A DNA stretch of 64,000 bases. It comes from Squalus acanthias. Taxonomy: Eukaryota. Shown here piece after piece: positions 39,056 to 51,785 of this stretch (its first letter is position 1; each line of letters starts with the position of its first letter). The position numbers and the translations under genes are program-made. The notes below the pieces were generated by a model. That model had not been told where the DNA came from, searched no databases, and saw only the letters and a list, made by a program, of their open reading frames with translations. The stretch spans positions 39,122,001 to 39,186,000 of the forward strand of contig CM059441.1 of the NCBI GenBank assembly GCA_030390025.1, given 5' to 3'.

Positions 39056-39892
39056 ACTGGTGCCACACCACAACCCCAGACTTGCTACATTTCTGTGAAG
39101 TACAAAACCCCTGTCCAGAAATGCCATGTAGATCCAAAACGCCAGAAGACCATGTTAGGTTGAACCTTGATTTTATCACCGAGAATATACAAGAGGTGAT
39201 AGCATTTTAGTTTCCAAGTTCCCATTGATTTAGGTCCATGCTAGGCTTAACAAGTAAAGATGCAAGTTGTCCCAAGCCAGATATCCCTTGCTGAGATGTG
39301 ATTAGTTTAAAAAGAAAATGTACTGAGGCGTATAATTCAGCACATGCTATGGAGTTAGTCCAATTCAGGCTGATTCTCCGGTTGGTGATTTTCTCTCGAA
39401 GAGGGCTCCTGCTGGCATGTCCTTGTAGAATTCCATCCAAATGTGTGACAACTATTTACCTGAAGTACTTGAGGCTAGAGTCCAACTGATCAGAGATTTC
39501 ATTTGCGGTGTCCAGATTTCTGTTCATAATTAATGAAACAAGGGAGCCCAGCAACTGCTGTACTATTCACATTCTCAGAAAAGTAACAAAGCGGTCAGAC
39601 TTGCTATCGTGGGGCTGAACAAGAAATTGCAGTCCTTCTAACACTGTGCTCAATACTGCACTAATTCAAGAACTGCTGGATTACTTAAAATAAGAAAGAT
39701 GTTGTATGCCTTTGTAGTGACTGTGTTTTATGATCAAAGGGCCAAACCAAAGATCTATAGCTCAAGCCATTTCTTTCGTGGAGTTCTCAAGTCAGCTTTC
39801 ACTGTGATCACAGTTGCGGTTGATTTTATCATTCACGTGGGTGTCTTATTCAATATATATGGTTTCTAGTTTGTCAGTTACAGTGAATGATA

Positions 39893-42669
39893 AGAGCCAT
39901 CTCAAACATCCAAACTCCTCCATCACCATCCCTGGGTATGTCCTGGCCCTCCGGCAGGACAGACCCACCAGGGGTGGTGGCACAGTGGTATACAGTCGGG
40001 AAGGAGTGGCCCTGGGAGTCCTCAACATTGACTCCGGACCCCATGAAGTCTCATGGCTTCAGGTCAAGCACGGGCAAGGAAACCACCTGCTGATTACCAC
40101 CTACCGTCCTCCCTCAGCTGATGAATCAGTACTCCTCCATGTTGAACACCACTTGGAAGAAGCACTGAGAGTAGCAAGGGCACAGAATGTACTCTGGGTG
40201 GGGGACTTCAATGTCCATCACTAAGAGTGGCTCAGTAGCACCACTACTGACCGAGGCGGCCGAGTCCTGAAGGACATAACTGCCAGTCTGGGCCTGCGAC
40301 AGGTGGTGAGAGAACCAACACGAGGGAAAAACCTACTTGGCCTCGTCCTCACCAATCTACCTGTCGCAGATGCATCTGTCCATGACAGTAGTGGTAGCAG
40401 TGACCACCGCACATTCATTGTGGAGACGAAGTCCCATCTTCACACTGAGGACACCCTCCATTGTGTTGTGTGGCACTACCACCGTGCTAAATGGGATAGA
40501 TTCAGAACAGATCTAGCAGCTCAAAACTGGGCATCCATGAGGCACTGTGGGCCATCAGCAGCAGCAGAATTGTATTCCACCACAATCTGTAACCTCATGG
40601 CCCGGCATATCCCTCACTCCACCATTACCATCAAGCCAGGGGACCAACCCTGGTTCAATAAGGAGTGTAGAAGAGCATGCCAGGAGCAGCACGAGGCGTA
40701 CCTAAAAATGAGGTGCCAACCTGGGGAAGCTGCAACACAGGACTACATGTATGCTAAAAAGCGGAAGCAGCATGCTATAGATAGGGCTAAGCGATCCCAC
40801 AATCAACAGATCAGATCAAAGCACTGCAGTCCTGCCACATCCAGTCATGAATGGTGGTGGAGCATTAACAACTAACAGGAAGAGGAGGCTCCATGAATAT
40901 CCCCATGCTCAATGATGGTAGAGCCCAGCACGTGAGTGCAAAAGACAAGGCTGAAGCGTTTGCAACCATCTTCAACCAGAAGTGCCAAGTGGATGATCCA
41001 TATCGGCCTACTCCTGAGGTCCCCACCATCACAGAAGCCACCCTTCAGCCAATTCAATTCACTCCACGTGATATCAAGAAACGGCTGAGCACACTGGATA
41101 CAGCAAAGACTATGGGCCCCGACAACATCCCGGCTATCGTGCTGAAGACTTGTGCTCCAGAACTAGCCGCGCCTCTAGCCAAACTGTTCCAGCACAGCTA
41201 CAACACTGGCATCTATCTGACAAAATGGAAAACTGCCCAGGTATGTCCTGTCCACAAAAAGCAGGACAAATCCAACCCGGCCAATTACCACCCCCATCAG
41301 TCTACTCTCAATCATCAGCAAAGTGATTGAAGGTGTCATCGACAGTGCTATCAAGCGGCACTTACTCGCCAATAACCTGCTCACTGATGCCCAGTTTGGG
41401 TTCCGCCAAGACCACTCGGCTCCCGACCTCATTACAGCCTTGGTCTAAACATGGACAAAAGAGCTGAATTCCAGTGGTGAGGGGAGAGTAACTGCCATTG
41501 ATATCAAGGCAGCATTTGACCGAGTGTGGCATGAAGGAGCCCTAGTAAAACGGAAGTCAATGGGAATCGGGGGGGAAAACGCTCCACTGGCTGGAGTCAT
41601 ACCTAGCACAAAGGAAGATGGTTGTGGTGGTTGAAGGTCAATCATCACAGCCCCAGGACATCGTTCAGGAGATCCTCAGGGCAGTATCCTAGGCCCAACC
41701 ATCTTCAGCTGCTTCATCAATGATCTTCCCTCCAACACAAGGTCAGAAATGGGGATGTTCGCTGTTGACTGCACAGTGTTCAGCGCCATTCACAACTCCT
41801 CAGATAATGAAGCAGTCCATGCCCGCATGCAACAAGACCTGGATGACGTTCAGGCTTGGGCTGATAAGTGGCATGTAACATTCGCGCCACAGAAGTGCCA
41901 GGCAATGACTATCTCCAACAAGCGAGAGTCTAACCACCTCCCCTTGACATTCAACGGCATTACCATCGCCGAATCCCCCACCATCAACATCCTGGGGGGG
42001 GGGGTCACCATTGACCAGAAACTTAACTGGACCAGCCACATAAATACTGTGACAACAAGAGCGGGTCAGAGGCTAGGTAGTCTGCGGCGAGTGTCTCACC
42101 TCCTGACTCCCCAAAGCCTTTCCACCATCTGCAAAGCACAAATAAGGAGTGTGAATGAATACTCTCCACTTGCCTGGATGAGTGCAGCTCCAACAACACT
42201 CAAGAAGCTCGACACCATCCTAGACAAAGCAGCCCGCTTAATTGGCACCCCATCTACCACCTTAAACATTCACTCCCTCCACCACCGGTGTACCGTGGCT
42301 GCAGTGTGTACCATCTACAAGATACACTGCAGCAACTCGCCAAGACTTCTTCGGCAGCACCTCCCAAACCCGTGACCTCTTCCTCCTAGAAGGACAAGGG
42401 CAGCAAGCGCATGGGAACACCACCACCTCCAAGTTCCCCTCCAAGTCACACACCATCCTGACTTAGAAGTATATCGCTGATCCTTCATCGTCGCTGGGTC
42501 AAAATCCTGGAACTCCCTCCCGAACAGCACTGTGGGAGTACCTTCACCACACGGACTGTAGCGGTTCAAGGCGGTGGCTCACCACCACCTTCTCAAGGGC
42601 AATTAGGGATGGGCAATAAATGCTGGCCTTCCCAGCGACGCCCACAACCCATAAACGAATTTTTAAAAA
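39893..42669 (+). mobile_element. HER1-like LINE (CR1/L2 group): most of ORF2 (APE endonuclease plus RT) with stops and frameshifts
   Basis: EN motifs GGG, YRPP, GDFN and SDH. RT-region motifs GPDNIP, PVHKK and EYSPLAW. The 3' tail GGGATGGGCAATAAATGCTGGCC is shared with the HE1-like SINE. Family name from recall. Confidence 0.88.
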
Positions 42670-43313
42670 TGACACAAATAAGATGACACTTAATTCTTGA
42701 CACATTGCTTACGCTGTGGCATCTCTTCTACTCAGTGACGCAGCAACTGGAACAAAATATCAAACTCTACATGCCACATCGACAGTGAAGAGGAACACAG
42801 TTGCTGCAGTATATAACTAAAAAATTACTGCTCTTGTGGTAATAATGAAAAGGCTGGTCTCTGAGAATATCTACATCAAATTCAATATGCTTAGAGCTGA
42901 TGCCAGACTTCTAGTTGCGAGCAATCCAGGGGAAGAATTCATTGAGTTTAGGGCTGCTACATTTGCTCAGTGCCATTGATCAAGCAGAACAACTTGGAAT
43001 TCAGCTTTAGCGTTCTGTCTTTTTAAGTGTTTAAAGCATCACTCTGTTATGCTGCACATGTCTCTGGCCCATATAGAAAGGATGCATTCTCTTCAGACTT
43101 TGAATACTAGAAGTTTATTCTTCATTGTTTCAATGCCTGTGACAAGAATTCTAAACAGTTTGCTGAAAAAAAATTACTAAATAAAAAGGCAAAAAGAAAA
43201 TAAACTCAAAAAACAATGGACCCAGGCACAAGCACAATTTGTGTAAACGAGTAAAAATTCCAGTCCTGTAAAAGGTCAAAAGAAAACTCGAATTTAATGT
43301 CAACAAGATTTAC

Positions 43314-43448
43314 CTCAAGGATAAGAGTAACCTTCAGGGCCAACTGGGTGCATCCAGATGCCGCCAAGTATAACCTGGTACCTGGACTCAACCTCTGGCT
43401 CCCTAATAGTAATTCTGCTGTATCACTATCAGTTGCTTCTTCTGCCAC
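43314..43448 (-). CDS. Candidate in-frame exon (VAEEATDSDTAELLLGSQRLSPGTRLYLAASGCTQLALKVTLILE)
   Basis: 135 bp, only the phase-0 frame is open, ttttagaacacag acceptor, GAG|GTAAAT donor. No recognised homology. Confidence 0.3.
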
Positions 43449-44521
43449 CTGTGTTCTAAAACATTTTTAAAAATCTGTACATACTGTGTTCAAATGTGCA
43501 CATGCATTCATTTTTTCTCTAGTCTTCTGGGGCCAAACATTCTGTGGCTGCCTGTTCCCAGGCATTCACCAAAGTTGCTCTGATGTGGCTGCATAACAGT
43601 AGAGTTGACTCTCCTTCCAATGGGAGGGAGCAATGGTAGAGGAAGAGCTGACAAACAGGAGCACAGGCCAGAGGGCGTCTTTGCTTCAGTGGAACATCTA
43701 ACAATATTCAGCAGTCAGCTCCAATGAAACGAGCAGCAGCAAATTCAAAAGCTGATTCCAGATTACAGCAATGAGTCCCAATGTAAACACAGAAATAAAA
43801 ACTCCCAATGGAGGAGGAAACAGCAGTAATTATAAGGGTCAAACTGAGGGAGGCCAACAGAAATGAAAAAAAACAAGTTGCAGATGGCACTAAGTTGTGA
43901 CCATTGCACCAATCTATTAAAAAGACAAGTTTCTCTTAATGGAGATCTTTATCTTAATTGCATGAGCTTAATTTGCTATGTTGGGAGATAACTACAGCTT
44001 TATCACAAGCAAATTTTCAGCTTTCTTACATTTGGGTTTATGTCTGACTGCATCAGTTGCTATATATGATGAAAATAGAACTCTAATGAATGCAAGCTGT
44101 ACGATGTCAGTAGTACAACAAGAAATTGCAATTTATTTCAGGCAGTAAGGGGCTCCACACTAGGTTTTGTGACATGTGCACATGCTTAAAAGTGTGCAAA
44201 GGATGCTCGGAAAATGTTGTTTGACAACTGACCTTAACAGAGAACTTCAGCAAGCTGGTGCTTGCATGTCAAGAGCCATTTTCAGAACCCAACTGCCTTG
44301 TTCTTAAATTGCATCCCTGAGGAAGAGGCAAGCATCAAGAACAAACCTTGCGTTTTGACAGAACAACGTACGAGCTAATGTAAAACTGTCACCGTCTCCC
44401 CATAACTTTCTGAATCTAATATGACCAGGAGGCAAATTCAGAAACACTTCATCAAAAGTATTAAAGTACTGTAAGCCTAGTGCGCCTCAAGGATACAAGG
44501 TCATTGGGTCTAAAAATCCAT

Positions 44522-45125
44522 GGGCCACGATCCTGATGGTTATGCAGGCTCATGCCCGCTAATGCCCTTCAGTGCTAATCTTGCTGGAGTTTGCCACATC
44601 ACTACAGGTGCTTCTCCAATGCCCACTTGTTCTACATTCATGGAAATGCTGCACATACTCACCATCCTGGGGGTGAGGGTGTTTAACCAGCCACCCTGAA
44701 ACCCCAGCCACCCCCTCAGCTTACTGTGCAAGAGAACCAATATCATTTTTTTGGGGGGGCGGGGAGGCGGGCGCAATTATTTCACCTTTTGGGGTCCAGG
44801 CCACTCTTCACCTGTATCCTTCCTCCACTGGGGCTCACTCACATACATCTGAAGGCTAGTAGGCTTCATCTCTCTTGATGTACTCGACTTCAATAATAAA
44901 CCAGTCAAGCGGGAACTCCCAGCACAGGAAGTTTTTGTCCCATCGATGTCTGGCCTTGTTAGTGGGCTGGTGGGGGGTTCTACCCCTTACAAGGCTGACT
45001 AGGAACTCCTGGAGTCCTCAGGAACCTAGCTTAAGCAGGGCCCTGCCCCTTTCTGTTGGGTTCTGCTGGACATCCGCTGGAGTTATGGAGGGAATTCACT
45101 GGAACCCTCAAATAAATTCAGGCCC
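44522..45125. mobile_element. Old MITE-like element
   Basis: GGGCC ... AATTCAGGCCC termini around a GC-richer interior. The TIR is otherwise decayed. Confidence 0.4.
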
Positions 45126-45502
45126 ATTATCTTTTCAATCACAAAACCTAAATCCAAACAAAAGTTAATTTGCATAAGACTACAAATGTCACCTACTCTT
45201 GGTAGGTCTGACAAACCAGTTTATAAACAGCATCAAAGCAAGACTGCATGAATGAGCAACTCCAACTTCTTTGTTTATTGTAATTATGTATAATTTTTCA
45301 CGCTAACAGCTTTATGCCACTCCATTAATTCTGAAAGTTCATGAGTCATAGGATGATGATATGGTTATGACTAAAAAACAATGTGATTAATAAACCAAGT
45401 GCACTTATATTCAACATCAACAGGCACAGCAGGGTAGTTGGGGTGCATCAATATTTTTTAAATAAACGTAATGGTAAAATGACAGCAAGAACTGGCCCTC
45501 AG

Positions 45503-48500
45503 CATAAGAACATTAAAAATAAAATCAGTGAGAACAGGCCATTCAGCCTATTAAGCCAGAGTCCCTGCATGATTATTTTATCATGGACTTTCCTCCCACA
45601 CCTACTGTAGAGAACATTTATTTCCTTCCCCAACCACCTCTGAAAAAATAACCAAAGTGTTATAACTCTCATTCCAGCTCTTTTTTAAGGAGCCAATTGA
45701 CCCTGAATCAACTAATTCTGTCTTTATGCAGGGGGGAACTTGGCAAAAATGATGAGCATGGGAAAGCATAGTCTGAAGGTGACAAAGGCATGGATGAAGA
45801 CTCCTGTGGAAGTGGGGACTACGGTAGGGAAGTAGATTGGACAACAATAGAGAGGTGGAAGTAGGCTGTCTTGGTGATGAACTAGATGTGGAATTTGAAG
45901 CTCCGCTCAGGGTTAAGCTAAACATCTGGGTTCTGCAACATCAGGTTGAGCTTTAGTGGGCATCCAGAAAGATGGTTAGGATCAGGGGCAAAGATGTGGA
46001 TTGTCTGGTAAGGACTGAACAGAATGACTTTGGCCGTACAAATGTTGAGCAGCACAAAGTTGCCTCACCCACAATTTGATGTCGGACAGGCAGTCAGAAG
46101 CACAGCGACAATCATGGGTGGTAGTGGAGAGATGGAAGCTGGGTGGTAGTGGAGAGATGGAAGCTGGGTGTCCTGGCAGACACATGAAAGCTTATCCCAT
46201 GTTTATGAATAATGTTGCAGAGGAGCAGAATGTGCATGAGGAATAGGAGGGGCCAAGGATGGAATCTTGAGGCCACCGCTGTTAATCTATTCCACAATTC
46301 TATCACCCTCTTTAAACAAAAGTTCTCTGAATTTCACATTTTCTTTTGGCCTCTTTAACTTTAAAGTGTCCCCTAGTCCTCAAATTCTGTGCCCAACAGA
46401 ACGACTTTCCTGAGTCCAAATTTTACATATCCCTATCAAGTGCCCCCTCATCCTCCTATTCTCCAGAAAGTAAAGTCCTGACGTAGACAATCTTTCTTCA
46501 ATACTCAGCCTTCTAACATTCAAGAATCAGTCTCATAGCCTTACTCTGCATTCCCTCCAATAATTCTAAACTTTCCTGTAGTATGTAGACTAAAACTGAA
46601 CACAAAAAGTCTAGAAGTGGCCTTATGCAGGCCAGAGAGAACTTCAACATCACCCCCTTGGACTTATAGGACCAGAATTTCCTGAAAACTTGCGTTGAAA
46701 CAACGACATAATGCAGATTTTATTGCAAAAATGATTAGAGGAAATGCGGGCGCAAGTGATTTATGCCCAAATTTCCTCGATCTTGTATGCCAATTCCATG
46801 AAACCTCCACCGAAACCCTCCCCCACTCATTAACATAGCTCCGTCTCCCATGCAAAAGTGCAGCTCACATGAATTTCCTGAATTTACGCCAGTTCTGAAT
46901 GGGCTTTATATTTATGCCTAAATTACATGCAACAGGACCCAAAGGCATATTTCTGGTGTGTTATGGTGATTTTTTAAAACAATTAAAAAAAAATGTCTCC
47001 CTACTGAGACCTACAATTAATTTTCTGTATCTCTGAATGCATCTTTATGGTATCAGAATGGTTTGCATTAAACACTGAAAAATGTACACAAATGCATTTT
47101 CTTAAACAGCTGTGTCTAATGTGCATAATGGTTTGATGGCTTCAAACTTTAATTTTCATGCATATAGGACATAAAGAAAGAATATGGTTTAAGTTACGTG
47201 CTTTCCTCGAGCCATGATTTCCACACTATGTTCCGACATATGTTAAAGAAATGTTGGCGTAACTCACCGACGGGAAGATCAGTGTAAATTTCAGCATGAC
47301 TTACTGGTTACAGTGTTTCAGGAAATTCTGGGTCATAGAGTCACACCCTTAGCTATTCATCCCAACATTTCATTTCCTTTCTTCACCACCTGCTTTGTTA
47401 TCTCAAGCCTGTTTCCATTTAATATGTAATCCACATTTGTGCTTCTACCTAATCTCTACCTAAGCCTTTACACTTAACCATGCTGAATTTCATCTGCCAC
47501 CTCTCTGCTCACTGATCTAGTCCATCCAGATCTCTTTGGATTATAGCTCTTTAAACATTTCATCCAATTTGGTGTCAGCTGCAAACATAGACACCTTGGT
47601 CAATATCCCATCTTCTGAGCCATCTATAAAAGCAGATCCAAATACAACCTCCGAAAGACACCACAGAGCCCACTGACAACTAATTTCCACTCCGACACCT
47701 CCCTATGCACCACTACCTTCTGTTGTCTACCTTTCAGTCACTACTTTCCCCACAATTGAGGTAAGTGTCACAGGTCTATAATTTGAGGGTTCATCCCGTG
47801 TTCATTTTTTAAAAATGGTGGTTACATTTTCTATTTCCCAAACCATTGGGATGCTACTCCACTCCAATGAGCTTTGAAAGCTTATTGGATTCAAGTGAGA
47901 GGATTTGCAATCACACCTTGGAGCCACATTTACATTGAGCTTCCTAAACCTTTCTGCTATGTCTTTCTTGAAATACAATGGATATCCAGTCTGCTCTCTC
48001 CCTTAAATTTCTCGCTCAGCTCAGGCATCTCACCCCACCCTTTCAATGGTAAAACCAGTTCCAAAATACTGATTTTGTAATTCTAACACTTCCCCCTCAT
48101 CACTTTGAGTGCCACCGGTAAAAGGTGCAATGTCCTTCTGCACCCTTTGCTTGCTCCTGATATACTTAAAGAATGTTTGTTATTGTCCTCTATATTCCTT
48201 TCAAGCTCCACTTTGCACCGGTTGTCAGTTTCTTGACCTTCCTTTATTCGTTTCTATAGCTCTCCCTTACCTGTTGCTTGAACATTTTCAGAGTTTTATA
48301 TACCTATTCTTTTTCCTGAATGCTCATCAAGACTTTGCTTTTCATTCCTAGTAGTTTTACACTCCTGTTTGGGTTTTGACTTGTTTCTAGGATAAACTAC
48401 ATCTGCACTGTAAAAAAAAAATCCGTAAGACCCATTTTCCATCCATATCTTTCCGTTCAAATAATTCTTCTCATTTTATTCCTTTCATCCCCTCAAAGTC

Positions 48501-48990
48501 TGCTATCCTGAAATACAATTTCTTAATCGCTTTTATTACCTGTTCTGTCCTCATTACCATCTTAAAATCCACAAGTGAATCATTAGACCTCAACTGTCCC
48601 CCTTACTTCTGCCTCGGCTTATTACTCCCTCCTCAATAGTTCATAGGCCTCTCCATTGTAAGTTTCCCCACCAGCTGTTCAAGAAAAAAATGCTTAAGTA
48701 CTTCAACAAACCCTTCACACATACAGTTTACCTTCACTTGAGTGGTAATCTAGGTCAGGAAAATTAAAATCCCTCATGATTACAATTATGACCACCCACA
48801 GTGATATATCCAGCTATGCTCTTCCACTTTCTATCTTCCAGATCCACTCAAAGGGACTGTGCCAATCCCCAGTTTCTGCTCTCAGCAACATGTAAATCTC
48901 CCTGATAAACAATGCCACCTCACCCCTACTTTGCTTCTCTATCCTTCTCGAAACACATGTAGTCCTGCAAATTTGTTCCCCACTCATCCT
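45503..48990 (-). mobile_element. Ancient CR1 with a nested L2-like fragment (about 45720-46280) and a MITE
   Basis: CR1-type tail CATAAGAACAT at 45503, decayed FAADTKL-like (about 47565-47585) and WQMKF-like motifs. Boundaries approximate. Confidence 0.6.
46669..47334. mobile_element. MITE nested in old CR1
   Basis: TIR GGACCAGAATTTCCTGAAA / TTTCAGGAAATTCTGGGTC, ATA on both flanks. Confidence 0.8.
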
Positions 48991-50959
48991 TTCCCTTTAC
49001 AAAATATCTAATAGCTTTGTTTGTGGAAGATAGGTACTGGTTGAAACAAAGCCCTACAGGATACGAGTCCAGTGAATAATCATCAACTCAATTCCTTATA
49101 CGGCTCATTTAAACCAGTACCAACTTGTACTCTGTCATGTATCCAGGCCTTGTATCGAATTACTGACTGAACTCATAACAGTGAATAATCAATAATGTTG
49201 TTGCAGTTATTTTAAATAGTTTTTCTCACAGGCAGTTGACCACAAAGGAGGACTAATCTTCTTGCAAGTCGTTCTCTGTATAAATATCCACTGGAGAAAG
49301 AATTCAAGATAAATATCTAAATTAGGTTCAAGAAACAGACATGGTTAGAGAGAAGTAATTTTTTTTTGTCAGCTTTGCCTATTACTTGGACTGGCTCAAA
49401 ATTATTGACTTGAAGTGATTTCTCTCCCTTCCCAAGTGCCTGACATCAATCTCTCAACACTGGCTGTGGAAGACTAAAACAGATAACAACATAGCAGGGC
49501 GAAATTAATTTTAACATTGCATTGAGATACAACGCTTCAATACCCGCTGAATAAACAATTCTTCAGGACTGCGGATGCATTCCAGGTTCCTGAATCCATG
49601 CTAGAGACCAGAGTTACTCACAACATGTGGTCCTGAAATATAGACTTCATACTTAAAAGAAATCTGGCAACTCATCTCAGCTTTACTCTAAATATAATAT
49701 ACACTAGTGAATAAACAACTTGTATTTATGTAGCATTTTAATATAAAAAAGCATCCTGACACTTAACAGATAGAGGCAGATAAGGGAGTGCACACTGAAT
49801 CATGAAGGGAGTGATTAGAGACTGATAGTCAAATCGATGAGTTTTAAGAAGGTTTTTGAAGATGGAAAGATAAATTGGCAGGCGGAGGAGATTAGGGAGG
49901 GGGTCCCAGAGCTAGATGTCTAATATGGAGTTATAGTAAAAGTGGGATGCTAAGTTCAGTTTTATAAGATGTATGGGCAGTGCTGGAGAATAGGGAGAGG
50001 TTGGGGATGTCACTGAGTATGGAATGGAGAACATAAGTTTGGAAAACACAAGCTGAGATAGGAAAAGGATCATGGAAGGTGGTGGTGTGTTTCATGGATA
50101 TGTGAGAAACAGTAGAGTTTGGGGGAAGTGGGAGCTTGGTTCAGTGGAAGTGTTCAGCTGGAAGTCATAGAGAATGGGGAGGGGAGGGTCAGAGGAGGCA
50201 CAGGCTACTGTGTGGATGGCCTCAATTAAACACAAACTCAAACTCTGACCTGACCGGAGAGAAGTGGTATGACACTGAATGAAGTGCAACTCAGAGTGCC
50301 AAAGTTCAAAAAACTTGATAGTGCCTTGCTGACCTGGACACTTTTTTTAATCTTGTGGGAGTTAAATATTTAGATAATACTGGCGCTGATGTCAAGCTCT
50401 CTACATATTTAAGTTTTAAATCACTAAGAGAGGAACTCTGTACACATGTAACGACACAAATTCAGACCTTTCTCCTGGGCATAAGAATGGAGTCCCAGCC
50501 GAGACAGTGTCAACTACGTGACTGAAACCTATAGCGCAGCCACTGGTCTCAGACTGGTAGTTACAGTATAAATGTAGCATTGGAACGTGCCCAAAATAAT
50601 CTTGTGAAAATGACTTGTAAGCACAATCCACATATACCGCAGATCTATGTCAGCCTGCAACCGATCAGTTTAAAACACAATTGGGCAAATCTACAAGCAG
50701 GCTTCTTTCCCACCCTCTCTGCAGCAGAGATGAGCATCTAAGTGAACAGATACAGCTACTTACCTTGGAAAAATTACAAACAAAAAGATTAATTAAAACA
50801 CTGAAAATCACATGAAAGCTTTAATTTTGGAAATAATACTGGAGCTAACAGAAGTAAAAGGTTAGCGTGACAAAATTAACCAGCAACATCGTTACTGCCC
50901 TTTCACACTCCTGAACTAAAGCCAGCTAACATGGCATGAATGTGATACCTTATATTTAC

Positions 50960-51043
50960 CATCTTCCCTTTCGGTCTTTCTTTCCTGATTGTATCAATAT
51001 TGACAGAAGCATTTCTGCTAGCTCTGGAATCTATTGATTTGCA
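50960..51043 (-). CDS. Candidate ANKS1A linker exon (CKSIDSRASRNASVNIDTIRKERPKGKM)
   Basis: 84 bp, open in phase 0, ttttattctgcaaaag acceptor, ATG|GTAAAT donor. Sits where the SAM2-PTB linker is expected, but only weakly resembles the mammalian linker. Confidence 0.4.
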
Positions 51044-51785
51044 CTTTTGCAGAATAAAATAAGCTATGTAATCAATACAACGTTATCTCTTTTTGAAGTA
51101 ACTAGTGCTCTTACCATTTATCTGATCACCACTGTTACAGCACAGACCTGCTTTCATGCTGCACTGATCGATCGTGTCATTCATTTTCTGTTGCTACAGC
51201 AACATTAACTTAAGGGTAAGGCTGTGCAAGAATCTGTTTTCCACCATTTTTCGCAATTATTGGGGAAAAAGGAAATCTTTGCACCCTACATAGTTCTATT
51301 ATCCTTCTTAAAAGCTGCGAAGAGGCACAGATTGAAACAAATGTGCACGAATTTGCATGAAGATTCGATCTGTATCCCCAGTTCAAAATACTCAGTGCCT
51401 TTTAATGAAATCTATTTTCAGTCATGTGTACTTTTGTAAATTAACAATTTGCAGTCTAAATAAATAAAGCACCCCTTCCAATCCCATTGAAATGTATGTT
51501 TTGGTCCTCTTTCTAAGCAGCCCTTCATTAATCAACCAAAATGGTAGACAAATGCCCTTCACCTCGGCATCTGAAACTGCTACTCAAACTAGTTAATAAG
51601 AGAAGCAAAAAAAAAAATGTGCAGACCAATCTGCCCTCTAATTTTCCCTTCCTTTCTATGAAGAAGCAGGACTTGCCTCCACCCCAAAGACACAGCTAAG
51701 GTCAGGAGCCAATATGCAGGAGGCCAAGCACTAACCTACATACAACCACTTCATGGCACAGCTCATTAAAAAATGATTTTTTATT

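Noticed and set aside
31561-39519. Minus-strand exon-like segments 31561-31607, 36881-36942 and 39460-39519
   Set aside because: Splice sites are plausible, but the phases do not chain back to the phase-0 ANKS1A frame and no homology is recognisable.
39814-42375. Series of EN/RT ORFs as a functional gene or active element
   Set aside because: Multiple stops and frameshifts, degenerate catalytic motif (FAVD instead of FADD) and 5' truncation.
51115-51193. Exon-like segment just upstream of candidate 50960-51043
   Set aside because: It ends in phase 1, and joining it to the next candidate creates an early TAG stop.
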